From NCBI GenBank assembly GCA_963711895.1, contig CAVQFU010000007.1, forward strand, positions 93,406-157,405: a DNA stretch of 64,000 nucleotides. The letters are read 5' to 3'. This DNA is from an uncultured Acidobacteriota bacterium. Lineage in GTDB: Bacteria > Actinomycetota > Acidimicrobiia > Spongiisociales > ZC4RG35. Position numbers and translations under genes: made by a program. The stretch's first letter is position 1. Every line of letters begins with the position of its first letter. This document shows, one piece after another, positions 55,348 to 64,000 of this stretch. Below the pieces are notes generated by a model that ran no database searches, had not been told where the DNA came from, and saw only the letters and a program-made list of their open reading frames with translations.

Positions 55348-56943
55348 CTACTTCTTCTTGGCCAGGTCCCCGAGAATCTGTTGTGAGGCGAAACGGCCGG
55401 GGGCACCCATGACGCATCCGCCGGGATGGGTTCCCGAGCCGCACTGGTAGTAGCCCTCGATCGGGGTGCGGTATTGGTTCCAGCCGGGTGCAGGGCGGAA
55501 GAAGAACATCTGGGGGGCGAGGAACTCTCCAGCGAAGATGTTGCCTTCGGTGAGACCGACCACTCTCTCTATGTCGAGTGGGGTGACCACCTCCCGGTGG
55601 AGCACCAGATCGCCGAACCCCGGAAAGAAACCCTCGAGGGTCCTCTGCACCACATCTCCGAAGCGGTCCCGCTCCGTGTCCCAGTCACTCTCCTTCAGGT
55701 GATACGGCGCGTACTGGATGAAGCAAGACATCACCGCCTTGCCCGGAGGAGCCATGTCCGGATCGACATTGGACTGGATGCACCCGTCGATGTATGGCTT
55801 CTGTGAGTACCACCCGTACTTGGCGTCATCGAAGGCACGCTCCAGATAGTCGAGTGAGGGGCCCATGTTGATGAATCCCCGGTACTGGTCTGACCTGCCT
55901 TCGAGACCCGGGTAGGTGGGGTTGGCGTCGAGGGCGAAGTTGACTTTGGCCGATGTCCCCTGGAACTTGAAACGGCGGATGTTCTCGACGAGATCGGTCG
56001 GCAACTCCCGGGGATCTACGAGCTGCATGAAGGTGCGCCGGGGGTCGACGGCGCTGACCACGGTCTTCGCCTCCAACTCGGTCCCGTCTTCCAGCATCAC
56101 CCCGGTGGCCCGTCCGTTCTTGGTGACGACATGGTCGACCGGCGACTCGAGCCTGATCTCTGCGCCGAATGACTCGGCGGCCCGAGCCAGAACCTGGGTG
56201 AACCCGCCGTTGCCTCCCTTGTGGAATGCCCAGGCGCCATATGCGCCGTCGTGTTCGCCGAACGAGTGATAGAGGAGGACCAGACCGGAGCCCTGAGAGC
56301 GAGGCCCGACCTTGGTGCCGATGATGCCTGAGGAGGCGTGAAGACCCTGCATGAGGTCGGACTCGAAGTAGTCCTCGAGGATGTCGGCGGCGCTTCCTGT
56401 CATCAGCCGGATCATGTCGTGCAGGACGCCCGGGGGGAGATCGGCGAGGTATGAGCCGATCGCTGCCATGCGAGCTCGTTCCTCGGGGTCCTTCGAGGTG
56501 ATGTCGGGTGGAATCGAGTCCATCAACGGCCTGATGGCGTGGACCACTTGTTCCATCATGTGCCCGTAGGCGTCGTAGGCATCCGCGTCGTGAGGCGAGT
56601 GCCGGGAGATCTCGTGGTGGTTCTCGTTCTTGTCTTGCCCCAGCAGGATGTAATCGCCGTCCTCGGTGGGGGCGAAGGTCGACGGCATGAGCAGCGGCAT
56701 GAACCCGTGCTTGGTCAGCTCCAACTCATGGATGATCTCGGGGCGGAGCAGGCTCAAGGCATATGAGAAGGTGGTGAAGCTGAACCCCGGATGCAATTCC
56801 TCGGTGATGGCGGCGCCGCCGACCAGATGCCTGCGCTCGAGGATGAGGGTGCTCAGGCCCGCCCTGGCCAGATAGGCCCCATTGACCAGACCGTTGTGAC
56901 CGCCACCGATGACGATTGCATCGAACTTCTTCTTGGCCGGCAT
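55348..56943 (-). CDS. Phytoene desaturase-family FAD-dependent oxidoreductase (CrtI-like)
   Basis: N-terminal FAD motif DAIVIGGGHNGLVNGAYLARAGLSTLILERRHLVGGAAITEE; amino-oxidase domain length. Confidence 0.75.
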   Translation of the reverse strand: MPAKKKFDAIVIGGGHNGLVNGAYLARAGLSTLILERRHLVGGAAITEELHPGFSFTTFSYALSLLRPEIIHELELTKHGFMPLLMPSTFAPTEDGDYILLGQDKNENHHEISRHSPHDADAYDAYGHMMEQVVHAIRPLMDSIPPDITSKDPEERARMAAIGSYLADLPPGVLHDMIRLMTGSAADILEDYFESDLMQGLHASSGIIGTKVGPRSQGSGLVLLYHSFGEHDGAYGAWAFHKGGNGGFTQVLARAAESFGAEIRLESPVDHVVTKNGRATGVMLEDGTELEAKTVVSAVDPRRTFMQLVDPRELPTDLVENIRRFKFQGTSAKVNFALDANPTYPGLEGRSDQYRGFINMGPSLDYLERAFDDAKYGWYSQKPYIDGCIQSNVDPDMAPPGKAVMSCFIQYAPYHLKESDWDTERDRFGDVVQRTLEGFFPGFGDLVLHREVVTPLDIERVVGLTEGNIFAGEFLAPQMFFFRPAPGWNQYRTPIEGYYQCGSGTHPGGCVMGAPGRFASQQILGDLAKKK

Positions 56944-56950
56944 GTCTACC

Positions 56951-58151
56951 TCAGGCTGTCTTTCTGGGTGGGTTGAAGAAGGGGAGACGGCTCACATTGG
57001 CTTTCACCACGTCATATCGATGATCGATGGTGACCTCGAGGCTCACCTCGGTCCCGAGTGCGGCGTGCTCGGGACGGACCCGGGCGATTCCCACGTGACG
57101 TTGTGCCATCGGTGAGTAGACGAAGCTCGGCGTGTACCCGATCCGCTCCAGTTTCTCGTCGTAGATCATCATCCCGCCGTGCTCGGGGGTGTGGTCCTTG
57201 GGAGGGATGACGCCACGTTCGTTGTAGACCCGGTTCCAGTCCTCGTAGTCGACCATGATCCCGACCGTTTTCCACCTGGACGTGCCGTCGGCCAATTCGC
57301 GCTCGATGGCGCGTCGGCCGATGAAGGCTCTGTCATCGGAAGGGAGGTCACGGAGCATCCACCCCAGCCCCAACTCTTGGGGAGTGGTCCGCTGGTCGTC
57401 GTTCCAGGCATAGCGAGCGGAGTGGAAGTCGACATCGATCAGGACCAGACCTGCCTCGATCCGGGCGATGAGCAGAGCGGTCTGGCCGGCCGGGATCACC
57501 CCGTAAGGAGCCGCCGCGTCGAAGAGGGTGTCCCACACCCCGACAGCGTCGTCCCGATCCACCCAGATCTCATAGCCAAGGTCCCCCGTGTAGCCGGTGC
57601 GGGAGATGGTCACAGCGGCACTGCCCACCTTGGCCGGTGTGAGATGGAAATAGCCGATCTGTTCCATCTCCGGGGCAAGCTGCTTGAGGATCTCCCTGGC
57701 GTACGGGCCCTGCAAGGCGAGTGCTCCAATATCGTCCGAGACGTCTTCGATCTGGACCGCCATCCGACCGGCCAGGTCCTGCAGATAGGCCATGTTGGGC
57801 TCGGCGGCGGTGAGAAGGAACTCGTTATCGCTGTGACGGAGGATCGACCCCGTCTTCGACTACCCAGCCGTCGTCGTCGCACCAGACTGTGTAATGGGCC
57901 TGCCCGGGACGGCATTTACGGATGTCGCGGGCCAGCACACCCGCAAGGAAGGTCTCGGCATCAGAACCGATGATCCGATACTTGTAGAGCGGGGAGGTGT
58001 CGATGACCGCCGCCGAGTTCCTGATGGCGAAGTACTCGAACTTGTCCGACATCTGATACCGGTCGGTGGCGAGATATCCCGACCAATGACTCCACAACCC
58101 GGTCTGATTGGCGGCGCTAGTCCTGGGATGGAACGGTGTCTCGCGGATCAA
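56951..58151 (-). pseudogene. GcvT-family folate-binding aminomethyltransferase, split by a frameshift at about 57840
   Basis: N-terminal 108 codons (57825..58151) end ...WCDDDGWVVEDGVDPPSQR*. The next frame reads ILRHSDNEFLLTAAEPNMAYLQDLAG... continuing into ORF 56951..57793. One extra base (gtcGatc on the coding strand) separates them. Confidence 0.6.
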
Positions 58152-58295
58152 ATCTCGAACCTCGGCTCGGTCGGGTCACTGTAACCGGGGAAGGCTGAAT
58201 CGTCATTCAGGATTCGACCTCATGCGAAACGACGTCACGTGTCGGCCGACGCCGATACATTCTCCCGTGTCAAAGCTGAATGGAGAGTCAAATAC

Positions 58296-60056
58296 ATGAG
58301 ACGTCTCGTCGTGTCGATCATTGCCGTCCTGGTCGCGGTGTCCCTGGTCCCCATCGCCTCGGCCCAGGAAGAAGGGGACGAGGTGGTTCTGACGGTCGGA
58401 TACGCCGGAGCAATCGACAACCTCAATCCGACTGCCGGTTTTCTGGTAGGCGAATACGAGATCTGGAACCTCCACTACGCGACGTTGACCGACAAGAGTG
58501 CGGAGAATTTCGACACCGTCCGCGGACTTGCCGAGTCCTGGGAGGAGAATGAACCAGGGCTGAGTTACACCTACACGCTCCAGGACGGATTGACCTGGTC
58601 CGACGGTGAGCCGCTGACCGCTGACGACGTGGCCTGGAACATCAACACCTCCGTCGAGCAGGGATGGGCGAACCACATATCGACTACCCAGAACCTGACC
58701 GCTACGGCCATAGACGAGCGGACGGTCGAGATCGTCTCATCCGTGCCCGACCCGAAACTCCCCACTCTGGACGTCTACTTGATGCCCCGGCACATCTGGG
58801 AACCGATCGCCGTGGATGGCGAAGCAGTGGCCACGTACGAGGGTCTCGATGGGGTGGGCAGCGGGCCATTCGTCATCGAGGAATTCGTGGAAGAGCAGTC
58901 GGTCAGCATGGTGGCGAACCCGAGTTACTGGGGATGGAATGGCGAGGAACCTCCGATCGACCGCATCGTGTTCCAATTGTTCACCAACCCCGACGCCATG
59001 GTCGCTGCCTTCCAGAACGGTGAGCTCGATGTAGTGAACGACGTGCCCCCGGGGACGGTGGAGTCGTTGCAAGCAGACGACGCGGTCGAGGTAGTGGTAG
59101 GGGCGCAGGGAGGGTTCTACGAGCTGGCCATCAATGGCGGTGCGGTCGAGGGCCAGCCCCACCCGGCGCTGATGGATATTGAAGTTCGGCGCGCCATCGG
59201 CCACGCCATCGATGAGCAGGCATTCATCGACGATGTCTGGTTTGGCATGGTCGAGCCGATCGAGACGATCAGTCCAAGCGCAGAGGCGTTGTGGATCCCT
59301 GAGATACCTGAGGATCAGCGGTACGACTTCGATCCGGACCTGGCCAACCAGATTCTCGATGATGGTGGATACCTGGACGTCGACGGGGACGGGATCAGGG
59401 AGATGCCGGACGGCTCCAGCCCCATCGTGCTGCGGCATGGTGTTCTCACCACCGACGAGACGGCTCAGCCTTTCGCCGAGCTCTTCACCGGATGGATGGG
59501 CGAGATCGGGATCGGTGTGGAATTGCTGGCTCAGGACAGCGACCAGTTGTTCCAGACCATCATCGACGGCACGTATGACACGTTCTTCTGGGATTGGGTG
59601 CCCTTCGTCGATCCGGACCCATTGCTCTCGTATTTCACCGCGGCCGAGTTGGGCAACTTCAACGACGCCAACTGGACCGACCCCAGATATGACGAGCTCT
59701 ATCTGGAGCAGAAAGAGGAGCTCGATCCCGATCGTCGGGTGGAGATCGTGCACGAGATGGTGACACTCTTCCACGATGCGGCGATCTACTTCCCCGTTTT
59801 GGGCGAGGCCGAGATACAGGCGTATCGCGTCGACAGATTCGAAGGATGGGTTCGCCAGCCCGCCGACACCGGCCCGATCATCTTCAGCAACACCTCGCCC
59901 AGCTATGCCCTATTGACCCCGGTCGGAGGTGAGGCAGGTGCCGAGGGCTCGGGCACCAACTGGCTGCTCTGGGGAGGCATCGCTGCAGGGGTGGTCGTGA
60001 TTGGGGGGATCTTCCTGGCGATGCGAAATCGGTCCACGGCCGACGACCGGGAGTGA
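58296..60056 (+). CDS. ABC transporter substrate-binding protein, family 5 (peptide/nickel), with C-terminal TM anchor
   Basis: GGAGAG RBS before ATG. Signal peptide, SBP_bac_5 core, terminal hydrophobic helix WLLWGGIAAGVVVIGGIFLAM. Confidence 0.8.
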   Translation: MRRLVVSIIAVLVAVSLVPIASAQEEGDEVVLTVGYAGAIDNLNPTAGFLVGEYEIWNLHYATLTDKSAENFDTVRGLAESWEENEPGLSYTYTLQDGLTWSDGEPLTADDVAWNINTSVEQGWANHISTTQNLTATAIDERTVEIVSSVPDPKLPTLDVYLMPRHIWEPIAVDGEAVATYEGLDGVGSGPFVIEEFVEEQSVSMVANPSYWGWNGEEPPIDRIVFQLFTNPDAMVAAFQNGELDVVNDVPPGTVESLQADDAVEVVVGAQGGFYELAINGGAVEGQPHPALMDIEVRRAIGHAIDEQAFIDDVWFGMVEPIETISPSAEALWIPEIPEDQRYDFDPDLANQILDDGGYLDVDGDGIREMPDGSSPIVLRHGVLTTDETAQPFAELFTGWMGEIGIGVELLAQDSDQLFQTIIDGTYDTFFWDWVPFVDPDPLLSYFTAAELGNFNDANWTDPRYDELYLEQKEELDPDRRVEIVHEMVTLFHDAAIYFPVLGEAEIQAYRVDRFEGWVRQPADTGPIIFSNTSPSYALLTPVGGEAGAEGSGTNWLLWGGIAAGVVVIGGIFLAMRNRSTADDRE

Positions 60057-61056
60057 AGGTCTGACGACGGATCGAGCAGAGAGGCGGGGGCGGGGACGGC
60101 TCATCGGCCGCAAGGTCCTGGGCTCGCTCCTCACCCTCGTCTTCGTGCTGGTTTTCAACTTCTTCTTGTTCCGGGTGGTGCAGACCGACCCCATCGGCTC
60201 GCTCTTCCGGGGCCGCAACGTCCCGCAGGAGACCCTTGACAATCTGAGAGCCTCCTTTGGGCTCGACCAGCCCATCGGCACCCAGTTCTTGTTGTACGTG
60301 AGGGAAACCGCCCAACTCAACTTCGGCATCTCGTATCAGAGTCGGCGCGCTGTATGGGATGAGATCGTCACCGCCATCCCGCCGACTGTGGCACTGGTCG
60401 GGGTGGCAGCGGCCTTCTCCGCCGTGATCGGGACGATCGGAGGGATCATCGCCGCCTGGAGGCGGAACTCCTGGAAGGACCACACCATCACCTCGGGGAC
60501 GATGGTGTTCTACTCGATGCCCGACTTCTGGCTGGGGATGCTTCTGTTGGTTGGGTTTGCGGTAGTCCTGGGGTGGTTCCCCGTCGGCGGGATCACCGAC
60601 CCCGGTTCCAACGAAACCGGTATACCGCTTCTGTTGGACCAACTGCACCATCTATTCCTTCCCGCCCTGACCCTCACCCTGGCCTATCTGGGTGAGTACA
60701 CGCTGGTGACCAGGAGCTCGCTGCTCGACGTGATGGGCGAGGACTACCTGACCGTTGCCCGGGCCAAAGGGCTTCGTGACGTCCGGGTCCGCAACCGGCA
60801 TGCCGTCCCCAACGCCCTACTCCCGGTAGTCACCTTGACCGCGATCAACTTCGGCTTCGTCCTCTCAGGCGCCATCGCCGTGGAGGCGGTCTATTCCTGG
60901 CCCGGGCTGGGCAAGGCCACCGCCGATGCCATCCGGGGGCCCGACCTCCCGATGTTGCAGGGGTTGTTTCTCCTCTTCAGTGCGGCAGTCATCGTCTTCA
61001 ACCTGATCGCCGATCTCACCTACAGCTGGCTCGACCCCCGGGTGGCCGACCAGTGA
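60001..61056 (+). CDS. ABC transporter permease (DppB/OppB-like); start uncertain (no in-frame ATG/GTG downstream of the SBP stop)
   Basis: BPD_transp_1 permease with EAA-like loop; 6 TM. Confidence 0.7.
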   Translation: MGGSSWRCEIGPRPTTGSEGLTTDRAERRGRGRLIGRKVLGSLLTLVFVLVFNFFLFRVVQTDPIGSLFRGRNVPQETLDNLRASFGLDQPIGTQFLLYVRETAQLNFGISYQSRRAVWDEIVTAIPPTVALVGVAAAFSAVIGTIGGIIAAWRRNSWKDHTITSGTMVFYSMPDFWLGMLLLVGFAVVLGWFPVGGITDPGSNETGIPLLLDQLHHLFLPALTLTLAYLGEYTLVTRSSLLDVMGEDYLTVARAKGLRDVRVRNRHAVPNALLPVVTLTAINFGFVLSGAIAVEAVYSWPGLGKATADAIRGPDLPMLQGLFLLFSAAVIVFNLIADLTYSWLDPRVADQ

Positions 61057-61946
61057 CCAGTCTCGCCATGCGGCGAAGGCGGGCCACCGCCGGGCGGGTC
61101 TGGAAGCAGTTCCGTAGCTCCAAAGGCGGCATGATCGGCCTCGGCGTCCTCCTCCTGTTCGTCTTGATGGCGCTGGCCGCCCCGCTCCTGGTCGACATTC
61201 GGGAGCTGAGCCCGGTCTATGCCCGGGCCCAGGGCAACCCACAATGGGCACCCCCAAGCGAGTTCCCGCCGCTCGGCACCGACTACATACGCCGCTCGGT
61301 GTGGGCCCAGTTTGTCTGGGGATCGCGGGTCAGCCTGTTCGTGGGCCTCGCGGCGACGGTGCTAACCATCTTGATCGGCTCGGTCATTGGCATCATCTCC
61401 GGGTTTGCCGGCGGCAAGCCCGACGCCGTCCTCATGCGAATCACCGAATGGTTCCTCGTCATCCCGTTCCTACCCCTGGCCATCGTGCTCGCCTCGGTGC
61501 TGGGGAGGAACGTGTGGAACATCATCTTCGTGATCGGGATCACATCGTGGCCATCGACAGCCCGGCTGGTGCGGGCCCAGGTGCTCACCGTGAAGCAGCG
61601 CCTTTTCGTCGATCGGGCCCGTTCCCTGGGGGCGAGTGGGAGTCACATCGTGGGCCGGCACATCCTGCCAAATGTCAGCGGACTGATACTGGCCAACGCG
61701 ACGCTGGCCGTGCCGATCTCGATCCTGACCGAGACGACCCTCTCGTTTCTCGGCTTGGGTGACCCTTCGGCTGCCTCCTGGGGAAAGACACTGGAGGAGG
61801 CTTTCGTCAACGGGGCAATGACCCGCAACGCATGGTGGTATTTCGTGCCGGCGGGTCTTGGGATCCTTGCCGTGGTCCTCGCCTTCACAATGATCGGGCG
61901 CACGCTCGAGGAGATCGCCAACCCACGACTGAGCAGAGGTCGATGA
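61053..61946 (+). CDS. ABC transporter permease (DppC/OppC-like)
   Basis: N-terminal OppC_N-like region, permease core; stop/start overlaps with neighbours. Confidence 0.8.
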   Translation: MTSLAMRRRRATAGRVWKQFRSSKGGMIGLGVLLLFVLMALAAPLLVDIRELSPVYARAQGNPQWAPPSEFPPLGTDYIRRSVWAQFVWGSRVSLFVGLAATVLTILIGSVIGIISGFAGGKPDAVLMRITEWFLVIPFLPLAIVLASVLGRNVWNIIFVIGITSWPSTARLVRAQVLTVKQRLFVDRARSLGASGSHIVGRHILPNVSGLILANATLAVPISILTETTLSFLGLGDPSAASWGKTLEEAFVNGAMTRNAWWYFVPAGLGILAVVLAFTMIGRTLEEIANPRLSRGR

Positions 61947-62905
61947 GCGAGACGTTGCTCTCGGTGCGGGATCTGACCGTGACCTACCACGGGCAGGGTG
62001 GGGCCGTGCCCGCCGTGCGGGGAGTCAGCTTCGATCTGGAGAAGGGTGACTCGTTGGGTCTTGCCGGCGAGTCCGGTTGCGGGAAGTCGACTATGGCCAA
62101 CGCGATCCTTCGTCTCCTCCCGGCCGGCACCGAGGTGACCGGTGAAATCATGCTGGACGGCAAGGACGTGCTCGGTCTCTCCCCGGGTGGGTTGAGGGCA
62201 CTGCGATGGACCTCCGGAGCGATTGTGTTCCAGGGGGCGTTGCACGCCCTGAATCCGGTGCAGACGATCGGCGAGCAGATCGCAGAGCCGATGCTGGTCC
62301 ACCGGACGGTCGCGGATGAGGCCGCGGCCAGGAACCGGGTCGTGGAGCTGTTGGGCCGGGTGGGACTGCCTGCGGCGCGGACCGACGCCTACCCGCATCA
62401 GCTGTCGGGTGGTCAGCGGCAGCGGGTGCTCATCGCGATGGCACTGGCCTGTGACCCGCATCTGCTCATCGCCGACGAACCGACGACCGCCCTGGACCTC
62501 ATGGTGCAGGCCCAAGTGCTCGCCCTGCTCGACGATCTCAAGCAAGAGCGGGACCTGACGCTGATGTTTATAACCCACGACCTATCGGTGCTCACCTACG
62601 CCTGCCGACGGCTGGCTGTGATGTATGCAGGGCGGATAGTGGAGGAGGGGCCGGCGTGGGAGGTCTTCGAAAGCGCCGCCCATCCCTACACGAGGGCACT
62701 GGCCGCCGCCTTCCCCACTATTGGCGATCACACCTCGCGGATGACCCCGTCGGGATTGGGTGGTGACCCGCCCACCCCTGGCAGCCTGCCCCAGGGCTGT
62801 CCCTTTCACCCCCGATGCCCGCTGGCTCATGAGGCCTGTCTGCCGGCCGAGCCCGGCCTGCGTACTTCAGGGGTGGGGAGGAGTGCGGCGTGCGTACTGG
62901 TGTGA
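61943..62905 (+). CDS. ABC transporter ATP-binding protein (DppD/OppD-like)
   Basis: Walker A GESGCGKST, signature LSGGQRQR, Walker B LLIADEPTTALD, C-terminal oligo_HPY. Confidence 0.85.
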   Translation: MSETLLSVRDLTVTYHGQGGAVPAVRGVSFDLEKGDSLGLAGESGCGKSTMANAILRLLPAGTEVTGEIMLDGKDVLGLSPGGLRALRWTSGAIVFQGALHALNPVQTIGEQIAEPMLVHRTVADEAAARNRVVELLGRVGLPAARTDAYPHQLSGGQRQRVLIAMALACDPHLLIADEPTTALDLMVQAQVLALLDDLKQERDLTLMFITHDLSVLTYACRRLAVMYAGRIVEEGPAWEVFESAAHPYTRALAAAFPTIGDHTSRMTPSGLGGDPPTPGSLPQGCPFHPRCPLAHEACLPAEPGLRTSGVGRSAACVLV

Positions 62906-63885
62906 CCAATCTCGTCGAAGTCGAGGATCTCCACGTCCATTTCGGGGCTGCCCGTGCCGTGGACGGCGCCTCACTCCATGTGGCGCCGGGTGAGGTCCTG
63001 GCTCTGGTTGGTGAGTCGGGCTCGGGGAAGACGACGTTGATCCGGGCGATCCAGGGTTTGCAGAAGCCGACCTCGGGGGCGATCCGCGTCGAAGGCGACG
63101 AAGCCGGGTCGGCAAGGCCCAAGATCCAGACAATTTTCAACTCGACGGTTCAGATGGTGTTCCAGGACCCGACCGGCGCCCTCAACCCCCGGCAATCCAT
63201 CTACGAGATCGTGGCGGAGGGCCTTCGCATCCAGCATGATGCCGGAGGCGAGGAGGAGCGGGTCGCACAGGCGCTATCACGAGCTGGTCTTCGTCCGCCG
63301 GAACGATTCTTCCCGCTCTATCCCCACGAGGTCTCGGGCGGACAGCGTCAGCGCGTTGTCATCGCCGGGGCGATGGTCATGGAGCCGCGGCTGCTGCTTG
63401 CGGACGAGCCGGTCGCCAGTCTTGACGCCTCGATCCGTGGCGAGATCCTGGCCTTGATGCGTCGTCTCGTAGACGAGACCGGGCTGGCCATCCTCGTGGT
63501 CACGCACGATCTCGGGCTTGCCTGGAACATCGCCGATCGGGTAGCCGTCATGTATCTGGGCCGGATAGTCGAGACCGGGCCGACCGAGCAGATCCTGGAG
63601 AACCCCCGTCACCCCTACACGCGCGCCTTGCTCTCGGTCGTCCCCGAGACGAGGGAGATGGAGCAACAGATCCTCATCGGGGAAATACCGGACCCGGCCC
63701 GGATCCCGTCGGGGTGCCGTTTCCATCCCCGCTGCCCTCTGCTCCAGTCCGGGACCCTTCCCCCGGAAATCTCTGCCCGATGCCCCACCGACGACCCCGG
63801 CCCCACAGCAGTGGGCGCCCTGTCGGCGGCTGCCTGCTGGGCCGTCTCTCCCCACAGCGAAGCGTTGGGTGGAGTACCGGCGTAG
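62890..63885 (+). CDS. ABC transporter ATP-binding protein (DppF/OppF-like)
   Basis: Walker A GESGSGKTT, signature VSGGQRQR, Walker B LLLADEPVASLD. Confidence 0.85.
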   Translation: MRTGVTNLVEVEDLHVHFGAARAVDGASLHVAPGEVLALVGESGSGKTTLIRAIQGLQKPTSGAIRVEGDEAGSARPKIQTIFNSTVQMVFQDPTGALNPRQSIYEIVAEGLRIQHDAGGEEERVAQALSRAGLRPPERFFPLYPHEVSGGQRQRVVIAGAMVMEPRLLLADEPVASLDASIRGEILALMRRLVDETGLAILVVTHDLGLAWNIADRVAVMYLGRIVETGPTEQILENPRHPYTRALLSVVPETREMEQQILIGEIPDPARIPSGCRFHPRCPLLQSGTLPPEISARCPTDDPGPTAVGALSAAACWAVSPHSEALGGVPA

Positions 63886-63905
63886 CCGGGAAGGGGGCGC
63901 TTTTC

Positions 63906-64000
63906 GTCACACCATGTAGGACCGCGCCGGCTCCTTTTCCCGGAGGATGGGGCGGTCGGCGGCGAGGGCTGAGATGTCATGGGGAGTGGTGCCGTCGAGG
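63906..64000 (-). CDS. 3' end of a minus-strand gene entering from beyond the window (partial)
   Basis: Open frame ...LDGTTPHDISALAADRPILREKEPARSYMV* ending at 63906. Confidence 0.25.

Noticed and set aside
1-64000. tRNA/rRNA genes and prophage/integrase signatures
   Set aside because: No cloverleaf-like conserved tRNA features, rRNA-like stretches, integrase, or phage structural genes were recognisable by eye; a tRNAscan/Infernal run would be needed to be certain.

Overview
High-GC (roughly 65-70%) segment that looks like an actinobacterial chromosome: F420/deazaflavin-type enzymes, MMPL, LCP, LigD-type NHEJ and Arg/Pro-rich spurious ORFs in the off-frames. It is densely coding on both strands, with about 70 credible genes, mostly accessory metabolism (oxidoreductases, MBL hydrolases, SDRs), envelope proteins and housekeeping (Lon, RmuC, QueG, a Dpp/Opp-type ABC peptide transporter). 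I found no rRNA, tRNA, CRISPR array or intact prophage. An internally deleted ISL3-family transposase remnant at about 36.4-37.0 kb is the only mobile element. The most interesting region is a divergent module at about 46.7-52.4 kb: a TPR-CHAT (caspase-like) protease opposite a subtilisin-like S8 peptidase carrying five perfect 18-bp tandem repeats (PVYFGN x5), an ECF sigma factor and two translationally coupled paralogous small proteins (one truncated, one with a CarbopepD_reg-like domain). This resembles the protease, anti-sigma-like factor and ECF sigma logic of type III-E Craspase, but no Cas genes are present, so I treat it as a candidate undescribed proteolytic signalling or conflict system. 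Other items worth a second look are a 119-bp dyad element with internal direct repeats 18 bp upstream of a ligD-polymerase/ATP-dependent ligase operon, a copper-handling gene cluster, and three apparent single-base frameshifts (S1 protease/CarbopepD_reg junction, an LLM oxidoreductase, a GcvT-family gene), each consistent with a one-G indel and therefore either assembly error or recent pseudogenisation. Coordinates of starts are best estimates; many true starts are probably internal GTG/ATG codons downstream of the six-frame ORF starts.
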